A DNA stretch of 64,000 nt, taken from NCBI GenBank assembly GCA_001949185.1, contig BDGG01000023.1, forward strand, positions 186,001 through 250,000. The letters run 5' to 3'. The DNA comes from Ramazzottius varieornatus. Its lineage: Eukaryota; Animalia; Tardigrada. The notes below the pieces were generated by a model. The model saw only the letters and a list, made by a program, of their open reading frames with translations, was not told the origin of the DNA and did no database searches. A program made the translations under genes and the position numbers. How positions within the stretch are numbered: position 1 is the first letter of the stretch; each line of letters begins with the position of its first letter. Below, in pieces: positions 51,189 to 64,000 of this stretch.

Positions 51189-51757
51189 TTCGGACAGATA
51201 AAGAGCAGTCTGATTCGTACAGTGAAGATTGCTAACTTACAGAAGGCTCAAAAATAAATTTGGCGCTGAACGTCATACGGATGATACTGTAAATCCGATC
51301 GTAAAGATTAAAAGCAAAAGAGAAGCAGTGCGTCAGTCGCTCTTCTACAGTAAATCAAACCTGAGCCAATGTAACCCTCTTCTCGACGAAATAGTTCTGC
51401 CCATGTTACGATGTTTTCTTGCCGGACGACCCAGAACCCACCGCTGTACCCGGACATGACCAGGATTTCATGTAGGACTCGTTGCGTCACGAATTTGACA
51501 ACCTTGTAAACTTTGTGATAGGTGGCGCGGTTGTTGACGGTAAGTGGCGTACTTGTTCGCACTCGCTCCAGCAACTGTCGCTGGTCAACTGGTCAACTGG
51601 TCAACTGTTTAACGAGTCATCATTTCTCGTTTAATGCTGGTGTGAACTGGGAATACAACTACAAAATACCAGAACGAAGTTCGATGGTCGACTGTATTAA
51701 CAGCTTTTGATTCAGACAATCAGGTGGGATCACAGAGGGCAATTTTACAAAAATTCT

Positions 51758-54700
51758 TCACTGGCTGATACTGGTCATAGCTGCCGAGTAACGTCGCGAG
51801 CCTTCGCCCAAGGCTACACGTTCGCAAGTGGGAGTGATAAGGACCGGGTTGGGGTAGTTGGGGTCTTCGTGATGGTAGCACGCATCATCGGGTGGCGGTG
51901 AATAGGTTCGTTGCATGATAGCATCAATCAGACGCAGTGGCAGTGTGTCCAAGACGTCGTTCAGGTTGTCCAGACGGTGCTCGATCCGCCCCATTTTATT
52001 CTCCAACTCTTCTTGCCGGTTGTTCAAGTCAACCACGATCTCATACATGTTGCTTTGGGTCTGAAAGAGAAACCAGTTTGACCAGCTCAAAATTCGATCC
52101 TGTAATACAACGAAGAAACCAGCAGCGCACCCGAGGTCACGTAACTGTTGACATCCATGAACGGCAAGAAACATCACGTGACCACGGTTACGCTTACAGA
52201 TTTCTTCATTGTATTCGTAGCGAGATTCTTCGGAGTTACCTTTGCCATGTCTGTCATTGTACTGGCACTTTCTAGTAGCTTCCGCTGATCCATTTTTGCC
52301 TTCCGGAGACTGTAGATGGCCATAAGGAACTTTCTTTGGTGAGCACGAACGCGGGACGGATTCACTCTTTTCACTAATTTCGTGTACTTGTAGATAAGCC
52401 ACGTTTCGCGTAGAACGTTAGCAGCGGAGTTCTTGAGCTGTTGATTGCGAAAGATCTTATTACCAAAAAGTCCATCGTACAGCTGCACTTCGACTTCTTT
52501 CAAAGTGGCGCACATCCTCATCGCTACTGGTCAAGAACGTGCGCCACTTGGGAACGACCTGGTTCATAATCATTTAGCCGCATTCCAGTTTTTGAATAAG
52601 AATGTGTATGCCTAGCAGAGGATTCGTAAAGTGGGACTGAATATCCTCTTTAGTTCTCGAGGTGTTCACTGATACTATCGCAGCCATTTTGTTTTGTGCA
52701 ACGAAGACTTACCCGTTTGGTAAGTTGCGTGTCCATCATGAAATTATGCACATGCTTCTCGGCGCTACTTAGTTCCAGCTTCCTGGCGATGACGGCAACA
52801 ACTAGGGCCGTGCAGCCAGAACCCTACAATTATCAGAGTACCCTTCACTGCATCCTCGACAATGACAATAGATGGCTTAATGTGGCAGGGAATTATTCAC
52901 TGCAAGACAGTCGCGGACTCACGGACCATTAATCCTGTACAGACGGCGATCCCTCTTCCGCAATATGTGTTGGGGACGATGTCGCCGTATCCGACCGACA
53001 GAAATGTTATGGCAATCAGCCACATGGAATTTAGGCAGTTGGCGTGCTCGTAGTCGTGATACCTACAAATTGAAAGCTCGAATATTTAGTCAAGAAAAAC
53101 CATAAACAAAATTCGTAGAAAAACGGCGATAGTGCGAGTTTGTTATCCAACCTCCTATCACGTGCTGAAAAATCGAAACAGAATAGCCGAAAGAGCAAAC
53201 AAGTTGCAATGTCGGCAGACGATTTTACCAAGATCCTTTTTTTAAGTGGCGCAGTGTTCCAGCTAGTATCACCGAAGCTGTGCGCCACTTTGGACATCAA
53301 ATCCGACAAGGCCGTTTTCCAAGTGACGCAGGTTTTCAGCCAATTACAACGTAATCGTGCGCCGCTTTAGATAGTTATTCGGGTGAAACCATTTGCCGAT
53401 GACCCAGTTCTTGTCCCATCCACCATATGATGAAGGTAAAAGCAATAAATACCTTTCGCAAGCTCGAAGTGTCCAGGTGGCAATCAACCAATACGTAATG
53501 ATGAAAACAAGCAGTAAAGTTCCCGGACAGATGGTCATCAGGGTCTTCAGGACGAAGCGAGTATTGAAGTTGATACGATTCAGCGCCCCGATGGACCGTG
53601 ATGACGCGTCAGTAAAGAGCTTGCTGTGCAGTAACATCACTCGGAATATGAGATAAAGGCGAAGGAACATTGGCAAGGATAGAATAACGTCCACAGGGAC
53701 CTGAGAATAAAGACCGAAATAAACTCTTTCACTCAGATCAGTCGAACTAATTTGTGGCTGTACTTCAACTTCTTTGGGTCTCTTGTCGTGGTTGTAAATT
53801 GTGGCGGTCCACAGGAAGGTCAGATGGCCGGGTGGGGGATGGACGGCACAGATGCACAGCTCGAGAGCCAGTTGTGAGCAACGACGCCAAGTCAGGGCGA
53901 TCCTCCAGTCATCAGCAGAATTATCAATCAGGAACAACTACAGACGGGCAGAGATAATTTCATGTGGAAACGTGGGATTTAATCACAGGCATGCATCCAT
54001 TACAGCAAAAGAAAGGCCCGTGTACAAAGAATGTGTGCAAATTGTTCCAGCGTTAATATTCGCCCAAAAACATCCGGTAGTTTGTGTAATGCAATACCTG
54101 GATCTCCAACGCATGATATCCCACGATCAGCGTCAACAAGATCAATGTGCTGACGGACACGATAGATTTCACGGCTATCGACCACGCAGATGTCTGGAAA
54201 ACAAATGCAGTTCAAAGCAAATCACGACCAGGCTCTTCGATATCTTACTCTACAGTGCTTCAATGTTTTACTGTAGTACCTTCTTATTGTTTTTCTGAAT
54301 TTTATGAGAAGCCAGCTTGTAAAAGTGTAATACAGTAAAGCGTTTTCTACTTCAGTACTAAGGTTATAGGCTCTGGAAAAGATGAGGCCCCGGTTGTTTT
54401 TTTACGTGCTGTTTCTGACTTTATGACAGGAACAGGCGTAGGAAGAAACTGGATGGAGATCGCCGCTATTACGTCGTCGTGCTTTTGTGGTCCCTGAAGT
54501 AATGGTCAATAAAACCTCAACAAGTCATTAAGCAGGGCTCTCAGGCATTTTGCGGTGTCGGAGAGTGCATGTCAGAGCATGTGTTCTGTGTCTTGCAGCT
54601 ATAGTTCACACTGCAGCTGTTTGCCCTCTACTGCTGAACAGACAACTTTTAAGCGCCAATTACTGTTTGTCCACTTATTTTTACTGCAGAGCTGACGCTT

Positions 54701-57700
54701 CCTCGATCGCACTTGAAGGTCAACTGTTAGACATCAGGCATCTCTCTTCATCGCGAACTCACACACATAAGGTCTCCCCTACTGTTTATGTGCAAAAGCA
54801 CTCCCTCGGTGTATTGCACGATGATTGAAGCCCGAGGGAAAATTGGGAAAACGAATAGAACCGGATAGTTTTTCGCAGTGACGTACATCCTCGACCAATA
54901 AAAGTGTGAACGTGCGCCACTTGAGATAGCGATATGGGTTAATCCATTTGCTCGCGTCCCAAATCTGCAGCAATTTTCATGGATACGGCGACATGAGTGT
55001 TCCAGACAATAACATGACATGACCAACCGTCTCACCTTGTTATAAACTCCCCCGGCTGACAGTTCGGCTTCCAACATCATGGCCGCAATGCCAATCATGC
55101 CAAAAACCAACGCATAATCACTGAGACGCTTCCGCTTTTCAAACAAGGCCTTCCGTTTCCCCAATCGATATCCCACAGTGGGTTTACTCAGTCCCGAGCC
55201 ACTGCCCAAGAACCGCGTACTATCGCCGTCAGCCACGGGGACTTTGATCTCTTGTGGTCTTGGTGACTGGCGGTCATCCTGGTCAGAGCACAGCTGGATC
55301 AGTTCAGGGTTGAGTTGGCCGGTAATGTCGTTGTTATTCTTGATGGAGTTGGCGCGCGAAATGACCTGGGCGGCTTGTAGGTTGGGCGTGCTGGTGGGCT
55401 TGCGGAGCTGCTTGAACATCAGGGCGCCACTGTACCGCATCGAGCTGGCCACGATGTTCGCCACATCGGTACTGTCACGTTTCATGGCGAATGGACCGCC
55501 GGTCCCACTGGTCGAAGCCATCCAGATGTGTCCACCCGTGGTCTGAGTCGCTGAAAAAACAACACTGTCTTCGTACAGTCACCTGACAGTCATTATACAG
55601 GAGATAAAAATCAAGGAGGCATTCTGATCGTAGAAAATTGGCCAGGGGATCCTTCGGGAAGTTTACACAGGGGGCGCACTTGTGATTGCAAGGGACACAG
55701 TAGCTTTGCTTTCGAATATGAGAAGATAGCGCTAGCTATCAAAAATCTGCTCTTCTACAGCGGTCACTATATCAAGCTCCGGGTTACTCACCTTGATCAA
55801 CGAGATCAGCTCCCGTGGCCAATAATCCGGATCCCGTACCGGTGTTGGCAGTGTCTACAGACAGAAAAACAGGTCGTGTCTTCAAGGTGCTTCTTCGGCG
55901 GTAATCCTGGCTCTGTTGATGAATATGCATCAGAGAAGGTGGAGTATTCAAGCTGATCAAGCGTTTGCGGTGGGGAAGACCTTCGCGCAAATGCAAGGAC
56001 TGTACTCTACGTTGCGAGATGGGAGTTTGCTGGGGCAGGATATCGTCATCATGCTCATACATCAACGTGTTAGCAAAACGCTCCTCAGATTCCGAATGGC
56101 TAATATCGCGAGCATGACGATCAAGACAAGAAGGCTGAAAGGACCGCATTTCCATAGTGGTACCCGTACTATTTTGCGTCACCGTTGACATGCGTATTTG
56201 CACAGTCATAATGTGTGATCAGGCTATATCCGCCAATGCATACGTTAAACCCGAAATTTTTTCAGTCAATTTTGTGCCCCGCAGTGAAAGGAACGGATAT
56301 TGCAAAAGCTCGTGGGAAAGAATCTCCGAGATCATAGGTTTGGTTCAGAGGAACGTTTTCTGGAGAAGGAAGGAATAAAAGAAGGAACGAGTAGCAAATT
56401 GTTGTAAAGAGGGGGATGTGCAATCAATCTTCATGGTTATTAAATAAACGCATCGGGGGATTACGGCGGACAGTAGATTTAGAAAAGGAGTGGCGCGCAA
56501 ATCGAAGGACGGGAAGCGAGAAGGAGCTAGAGGAAGGAAGAAGACGCCGAACGGAAAAGACTGTTTACTTTGCATCTAGCTGTGTATGCAGCGTTGTGTG
56601 AGGATAGAGTCCTTCTTCCCCGATGATGTGTAAGGAAAAGACACAGTCATCACAACATTTCATATTCCGATACGGATCAATTGGTCGACTGTATGAAGAC
56701 TCTTCTGTGGAGGCGCTTGTTCAGATCATTGACGAGAGGGCAACGGTACACAGTACACACAAGCGAAGGCCACTCGATTCCCAGGCGGACCTTCCTCGTC
56801 GACTGTCGATCGACAGATTTGAGGGGGCTCCTTAAGCTGACATGACCGACAGGGGGAAGTGCCAGGACCCAAAAGAGGCTCTTGTCCACACGAGACCCTC
56901 TTTCAGGCTGTCGACCCCGAAAGAAGTGACACTTCACGGCAAATAATGTCTGTGAGCACTTATCCAAGGTTTCGAATATTTCACGACTGTTTCTTTGGAA
57001 AAACCAACCATCTCCACTCAATTATAGAGCCGCTCAATCTGAAGATGAAAACAACCGCTGTCTGCTTCTGTGGTGTACGGTAGCGCCTCAGGCTGGGACG
57101 TCGCTCTAAACCGCGGAAAGCTTCATGATCAATTACACCACACAGCGATGATTTCTACTATGTTCCTGTTTGACAGATACTTTTGAAACTCCATCCATTC
57201 TTGATGCTTCGCGTGCAGGCACAAGTGAAACAATGTAAGAACCTGAAGCAGCTGGGCGAGGTGGGAAACGAAAGTGGAAAACTTACCGAATAATTTTCGA
57301 TGTATTTTTTCCGAATGAAAATGTCCGATAGATTTGCCTCGCTGGAACGGTGGCGGTCGTGGACGGTTAGCTCCCGTAGATCGTTGGGACAACGGTGGAG
57401 TACGGAGCACATTGAGATTCTGCTGAGATGAGCTTGGCGTTGGCACTTGAGACAGCGATGGGTTGTTGAAAGCATTGGGCGATATTTTCCGTTGAATCAT
57501 TTGCAGGCGAGCCACTTCCTTTTCACTGCCGGCTGCACTTGTCGGTGTTCCATCCGGGCTAATACCTGGACCCGCTGCTGCTACCATCGGTAATTCCATC
57601 TTAATGGAATCGCGATGCGGAGTCAGCAGCGATAATGGCGAACCTGGATCGGATGCACGTGCACTGACGTCGTATGTATGTGTCTCCTGCTGCCCACATG

Positions 57701-58625
57701 GCGTTACCTAATAAGCACAATATACATTATACAGCATAACATCACCGAAAAACAAGACTTTCCTTTCAACGGCTCCAGAATTCAGCCGTACCAAAATAAC
57801 ATGTCAGCTATCACGAATCTTCACTCATTTACCTCGCACTGTTCGTCGACGCTGATGGTTGTATGTACAGTCTATCACGGTAAAAAAAGAAAAACCGCAG
57901 TCACACTCCCGCATTCGTTTGTATCTGTTTCCTCTCCGGTGACTCTTATTTTTTGTTTCGTATTAAATCCGATCATACGATTAATAATACCGGTTCATTG
58001 TAAAATAGGAGGCGGGCAAACAACCTCAGGATGATCGTTATATCAAGCGGCGAAATTTTCCGTTTTTGGCTGACAGCGTGCGCCCCTTGGCAGAACGATC
58101 TTGCCGGGGTGTCTGCCAGCATCCCAGACGGAAGTGACACTGTAGTCTGTAGAAAAGCTTTACCTCGTTGATGCGATAGAGTTGTCCGATGGACGAGTTC
58201 GCTGCCAACGACGTGGAACTGTAGGGTGAATCCCCACCTTCCGGGTATTCCTTGTTGTTAACCAACGGTGAGGGTGCTGCTTGCAACTGTCTCGCATAGT
58301 TCTCGTCGAGAGACTTTGCCCGGAAAGGCAGCTGACCGGCGTTGCGTGACCCTAGTAGCCGTCTCTTGCGGAACGACGCACGAGCCGAGTTCTGAGGGGA
58401 GATGGTTAGGGGCGAGCTAGGTGGCGTACTGGTGCTACGTAGACTGTTGTCGCGTTCCAGAGGGTGCGTGAAGGCTAACATGGCTCGATCATCGTCGGAC
58501 TCAACACGTAGGCTGTGTTGTTGACCGAGGAGGCGACGGTTTGAACGGTCGGAAGGCAAGGATACTCCGAGGTTGGCTTTGCCCGTGTTCATCGAGTCAA
58601 GGTTTTCGGGGTTCGAGTGCGCCAT
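51758..58625 (-). CDS. SK: Small-conductance Ca2+-activated K+ channel (SK/KCNN)
   Basis: Exons 58625-58164, 57707-57287, (alternative first exon 56209-55792), 55550-55036, 54193-54098, 53937-53764, 53700-53453, 53062-52927, 52823-52713, 52437-52240, 52060-51758. Motifs [23 protein letters not shown], pore [11 protein letters not shown], CaM-binding [23 protein letters not shown]. Confidence 0.95.
52465..52590. repeat. Palindromic N25 motif-pair family copy, SK intron
   Basis: caaagtggcgcac-25 nt-gtgcgccacttggg at 52501-52552. Confidence 0.75.
53205..53400. repeat. Palindromic N25 motif-pair family copy (dimer), SK intron
   Basis: aagtggcgcag-25 nt-gtgcgccactt and ccaagtgacgcag-25 nt-gtgcgccgctt. 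Confidence 0.78.
54844..54961. repeat. Palindromic N25 motif-pair family copy, SK intron
   Basis: cagtgacgtac-25 nt-gtgcgccacttg, ending atttgctcgcgtccca. Confidence 0.7.
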
Positions 58626-59400
58626 CTTGCATGACTGTTCACGGACACCCAATCACCGACCATATCATGATTGATCCCAACCTGCATGCACAAAAGAAAA
58701 GTAAACTCGAAGCCCACGATCTTTCATTGGGCTTTGTTCAGTGATAACCGTTTCTGTCCGTATCTTCGCATTTGTCCAACCTACTGTATGTTGTTTAGCG
58801 TAGAGCCTGACGTGAAGTGAAACTCTCTACAATCTTGTTTTACTAGGTAACGTTGGTCACAAGTTTGCGTTTGGCTGATTCGGAGTCAAAAACGTACGTA
58901 GGGCTGAGCAGAAATTCGCTAAAAAGTTACTCGCGTTCACCTACGACGTAAGCAATATCAATTTGGAGAGGGCATCTCTCACCGGCTCACCTCACCACTG
59001 CAGTTATTGCGAAGAACTCGCAGAAGCACCACAGTATACATACTTATGTGGGGCAAATACAGCCACTCTACACCAACGATTTCTGGGACGACCCTGCGAT
59101 CGGTATCCGGCCATGGCTGCGGTGAGCATTGCGCCGAATTCGTCAGAGCGTCTCCGGTGTGATGAACGAAAAGTTTTCCTGGTAGATCCGAGCAACTCAC
59201 GCGGTTTTGTAAGGAAGCATTTCGATAGCGAATCTCTTTCTCGCCAGCTCGCCTAGAGAAAAGTTCGCGATTCTCTCAAGGCGAGCCATTGGTGCGGATG
59301 CTCGGGCAAACTAAATCTTTGATAGCAACTGTGACAAGAAAATCACTTTCGCGGTGGTGGTCGTGAACCAGTACTTTTCTGGTTGATCTTACATTTCATA

Positions 59401-59485
59401 TACTGTGTTCCCGCGAAANNNNNNNNNNNNNNNNNNNNNNNNNNNNNNNNNNNNNNNNNNNNNNNNNNTTCGCGGGAATACAGTA
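59401..59485. repeat. Inverted repeat ends flanking an assembly gap (probable collapsed MITE)
   Basis: TACTGTGTTCCCGCGAA-N(gap)-TTCGCGGGAATACAGTA. Confidence 0.6.
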
Positions 59486-62400
59486 ATTAAAGAATTGATT
59501 AGAAGTGGTGAGAGGAGCCCTCTCCGAACAATTTCCGGAGTTCGTCGGTGGCGAGAAAGCTTATCTCTGGTCTTCGCAAAATAATCAATACTTCTGAGAT
59601 ATACGTTTATGGAAGGCGCATACCGTAGTTGTGGACGAGCAAATCAGGGACGACATGTGCTTAATCATATCCAGTCATTTTTAATATCCAGAGGCATGCG
59701 CTACAGTTCCCCGCACGCTTGTGTGTATACACTGAACAACACTTTCCGGCTGGTTTCAAAGTTTGATTACTTTAGTGACCGGTAACTGTTAATCCCCTTG
59801 GTGTACGAGGATCAGGTCATAACTTTGCTGGCGGTTCAAACTTTGCTAATCTCATCATCCAGTAAAAGTGAGACCTGATACTTGGACATGAAGCAGTTGT
59901 AACGACAACAGCAAAGTTTTAACCGTCTAGCAAAGTTAGGACCTGATTCTCGTACGGCTATTCTAACTACACCATGGGCCAAGTGCAGTACTGTGGACAC
60001 AATGTACAATCAAATTTTGAAACCTGACGGACAGCGTTGTTCACATTATACTGCACTGACACCGATGTTCCCTTCCCAGCCTCGAGCTCCTTGGGATATT
60101 TTCCAGACCAGCGAGCGTGATAACAGTATACATACACATCAAAACGACGCCGACAATGCAAGGACCTAATCAACGCAAGCACTGAACGTCAGCTCGACAG
60201 TCTATTACCAAACAAGAAAAAGAGAAAAAAGCGCAAATTCAATTATGTTAATTCATTATACTTGGAGGCATTGAGCTTTCCGAAACTAACCCGCATCACA
60301 TCCAAGATTACGGCCCCTGTTTTGTGGTAATTGGATGTCACTCGTCAAATTTTAGAGCTGAAAATCACGTGTTTCAAAGGGCGTAGTTCTAACGGCCTGT
60401 TGATTCATAGTCATTGTCAAAAATCGATATCGAAGGAGTCATCAGTTACTTGGTACTCCAAGGCCACAAAAGCGGGTGGGTCGCGTCTGCCGGAACCGGC
60501 GATAGCTGGCGCCGGTTCCCCGCCCGTATGGCTCGTCGTGATGATCTCCACAGATGGTCAAACGACGAACTAAATCTCGTTGCCACTGATGCGATCAACT
60601 GTCGCTGATACACTTGACAGCTTTCAGTCCCTCCTTAACTTGATCAATGCCTCCAGACACAGCGAGGGAAGAGTTCCCCACTATCTCCCATGGCTCAATT
60701 TACGCAGCGTGCCTTCTCGTCATTATCCAGCCCTTAAGCCTATCCGACATTGGCCGTCACGGAATATGCAAACTCTGATCTCTCTTGGCATCAGTACTAC
60801 GTGGATCCCTTCCAGCTGCGTAATATACTGTAGATCACATCATATGGTAGCTGGTCCGCAAATTTTGAGGTGTACGTTTATTCCCATTTAATTCGGATTC
60901 TGTGACTTTCCGTTCCGGAGCAAAGGAAAGGTTCTGGGGGAGGGCTTTTTTATTTTACTCGAAAATAACAATTTTTCGACTAAAATAAAAATCTTCCCAG
61001 CGTTTAACCTTTTTGAAAGGGGCGGTCATCGCAAAAACTAATTACCGGTAATTACAAACGTCGATCCAATTTGTCCCGCACGAAATCATAGAAACGGCAA
61101 GCTTGGTCCCAATTCGGCGGATAGGTTAATGAAGACCGTCTTCCGTGTGCGTACCTCGAGTTTACCTTGAGCAATGCGGCAACAGAGCAGATGAATAAGT
61201 TCCCGGCCATGAGGGATTTTCACAATAGTCTCAATAGAAGAGTTTGGCGATGCGTAACAGATGCCGGAAAGTCTTATTGATACAGAAGCGGCTATGGAAA
61301 ACACACTGTTGGATATGGGACAATTGAGCACACACTGGATCAAAGGATTGTAGTCTTGTAAAACGTAAACCCTCAACCCGTTACATCCAGTGCGAAAACA
61401 TCGAGTTCGGTAAACCCAGTGGTATTTCCACAAGTGTAAGCCAACTACGTGTACATTGAATCCCCATCAACTCGCTAATGGATCGCTTTTTCCATTTTCA
61501 TGCCCTGTCAACGTATTCCTACCAATGTATCTCTTGCATCAATGTCGTCCGGAAGCCAACAAGGCTCCATACAGGAAGTCGAGGTGAATAGGCGTATGCA
61601 AGTAAAGGCACCCCTCGTCGTCCCTGCCTCCGGCTAGAGATCCAGTGTTTTCCCGCGTTGCACAATCAATACCCATCAGATCATAACTGCCTTGCTGCTT
61701 TGTCAGTTCCATACACGGCCCGTTCGACGGTCATAATGATCAGCATGGAAACACAAGGGGATTAAACGGCTGGAGAAACGAGTAATAATAACGCCCGGAC
61801 GACATTAACAACGGATGGGGTGGCGGAACCAGTTACAGTATATCACCAGAAAGGCAGGAACAGTACATTACACTGGGACCTCGAACATCATAGCGCCGTC
61901 ATGAGATATTCCCCAACTTTGGGGAATAGAATATTTAAAACTGCAGTAGACTGGAGTCTGCTGTCAAACTTCAAGACACAGCATCGACCGAAAAGGGCAA
62001 GTCTCGGCGTCCCTGAGTTCATTTTGCGGTACAGCTGGTCGTATTGATGCGAAACTGAAGAACCAGCTCGTTAGTACCAGCTCGTTTCCTGCTCTCTAAA
62101 TATGGCCTAAGGTCTGTGAATCTTCCTTCACTCATTCATTACCGTCCTGAAGCAACTTCGTCGTCGTAAGGAGAACTGGACAAGGTTGAAATTCAAGTAT
62201 CGACGTGTGGCGAACACTGAGGTCGAGCCGTGCCTTTGGCGCAGGAAAGAGCTCTCAGAGCCTGATCATAATGATCGGGAATCCAGGATGACATACTCGG
62301 GAGGCATGCTCCTTTATGCAAGCCCTATTATTTCACCCGGCCTCCCACAAAAGGTCTGTTTCCCTGCTCCCTTGAGCAGTAATCGACTTCGATGGCAGTT

Positions 62401-63205
62401 CAATGCAACATCCACCCGTTGCTCTTAATGCAGTTCAGGTGGCGTTTCCTCGAACTACTACGCTGCGCGCATCAACAACATCTATTTTTGGAGCATGTGT
62501 TGCGACGGGACATATGACGCCTCTACGAGGTAATCCGCGCGTGAGCGTACACCTTTCTGATTTCGTAAATCTCAATCTGTCACAAGGCCCGTGGACGAAC
62601 CACGAGGTTCCCTCGCGAAAAGGGAAAAATCTTTCCGTCCGAAAATATGCATGGGCCGCCAGGTCAACCACTGTTCACAGCTTGTTTTCTAGGAGATAGC
62701 GAAAGATGAAGCTCGTGACTTCAGTGTTTAGGTTTCCCTTTCGTGTCTGCATTTGGAGGTCGTTGCTTTGGTTTGCGTCAACGCACACGCACTTTCGTCA
62801 AGAGCGGAGTACCGGAAAAGATCTTAGCTAGCACATTCCGAGCGTTATCTCCGGGGAGCGTAGTGCAACACCCACTAAACGCACCAGCCGGCTTGAATTA
62901 AGTCGAAAAATGCATGAGCAACTCCCTAAAGTGCCGTACTTTCCCTCACGTTTATTCACTTTATTCAAGGTCGTCAACAGCCTAAACCAATAGCGCAAAT
63001 TCGATACTACAGCAAAAAAAGAGTCCAGCCAGCTGTCCATAATCATAGATGTATGCAGTCACAATAGCCGTAATCAATTCGGTCAATAGGGACCCCGTGA
63101 CGTCACTGCAAACTCATCGATCCCTGCTACTCGACCACCATGGAATTTTACTGACGTACTAAATGGCGCTGTTAATTTCTGATGTGCACTATCACAGACC
63201 ATGGT

Positions 63206-64000
63206 TCAAACGTGGCCATTGTAAGTTGGCCCACTATAATGAACGGAAGGAAAGGTCCTTTCCATGGTCATTTCAGCTGGTGTGCAGTGCTTTTTCCGCT
63301 GTTGCACTTGATCCTCGGTCTCTGCTGCCAGTCTAGGTTTCTTGATAGAGGCAATGCTCGACTTCAACTGCCATAACCAGTACTGAAAGATCTCGTCGGC
63401 TTCCTCGAAGACGCTGGCGCCTCCCTTGTTACCATCGACCTAAAGCAACGATAAAAACCACAATCATTTGGGACATCGATAAACAAATTCAGCCAGACCG
63501 TCGCCTCAAGTGGTGCGCTGATTCAATGTTGTTGACTGAGAGCGCGCGTGACTGAGAGCGCGCGCCACTTCGGGAAATGATCCGGACGAATTCGATTGCC
63601 GACATCCTATTTGACCGGTTGCGAGGCCAATTACTGTACCTCGATAACACGATGCTTTCGAGCCAGGTTCTCGAGCAACGGCATAGCATCGCGGCGAAAC
63701 GCTCGCCGGCGTTTATGGATGATCTCTTCATTGTCCTCGAAGCGTGCGGCGTACTTGTTCCATTGCAACATGTGCTTCTTAGAGTATGCTTCGGAGGTAT
63801 TGATGAAGAAAGCGTGTCGGATGGGCATGATCTAGAATCATGTCGAAGTGTCAGCGTGGTAGAAGTCGCGCTGGGCTTTGTTACCCCAATGACCGTACAT
63901 CGTCTTCGTAACGAGCAGCTTGTTCCACATCACGAGGGAAGCCTTGGATGAAGATGGGTCGTTGGGCGTTACAAGCTCGAGCCAACTCGCTCTTCAGCAC
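63206..64000 (-). CDS. Adenylate kinase/UMP-CMP kinase-like protein, 3' part (5' end outside window)
   Basis: Exons 64000-63899, 63831-63640 and 63439-63206 join in phase 0: ..IFIQGFPRDVEQAARYEDD|IMPIRHAFFINTSE..ARFEDNEEIIHKR..AMPLLE..RVIE|VDGNKG..VF. This matches AK1 FLIDGYPREVQQ..RVDDNEETIKKR..VNAEG. Confidence 0.8.
63469..63609. repeat. Palindromic N25 motif-pair family copy, intron of AK-like gene
   Basis: tgggacatcga..caagtggtgcgc-(25 nt plus a 16-nt tandem duplication)-gcgcgccactt..ttgccgacatccta. Confidence 0.75.

Noticed and set aside
1-64000. tRNA, rRNA, snRNA genes or horizontally acquired bacterial operons
   Set aside because: None recognised by eye and all identified genes are intron-containing metazoan types. 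tRNAscan-SE/Infernal would be needed to exclude small RNAs.

Overview
Eukaryotic (metazoan) genomic DNA from a compact genome with many 55-110 nt GT-AG introns; gene content and style suggest a small ecdysozoan such as a tardigrade (inference only). Spliced genes I could reconstruct by hand are TMEM63/OSCA channel (-), SLC16/MCT transporter (-), mitoribosomal mS38/AURKAIP1 (+), a Cys-rich secreted protein (-), an aminergic-type class A GPCR (+), an SLC22 transporter (+), the MNX1/HB9/exex homeobox gene (-), a divergent acidic-tailed histone H3-fold gene (-), an SK/KCNN channel with alternative first exons (-), and the 3' end of an adenylate kinase-like gene (-). A transposon-dense block (about 15.7-33.6 kb) holds a truncated CRE-type non-LTR retrotransposon, a decayed intron-containing hAT transposase, several hAT-type MITEs with exact 8-bp target duplications, nested insertions, and an element carrying a copy of nearby sequence. 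The most unusual signal is a dispersed palindromic family at 14 loci (12 intronic). Each carries the inverted motif pair CCAAGTGGCGCAC-N25-GTGCGCCACTTGG, with an almost fixed 25-bp spacing although the spacer sequences differ. There are two assembly gaps (about 29210-29452 and 59419-59467), both inside palindromic elements. All exon coordinates were derived manually and may be off by a few bases.
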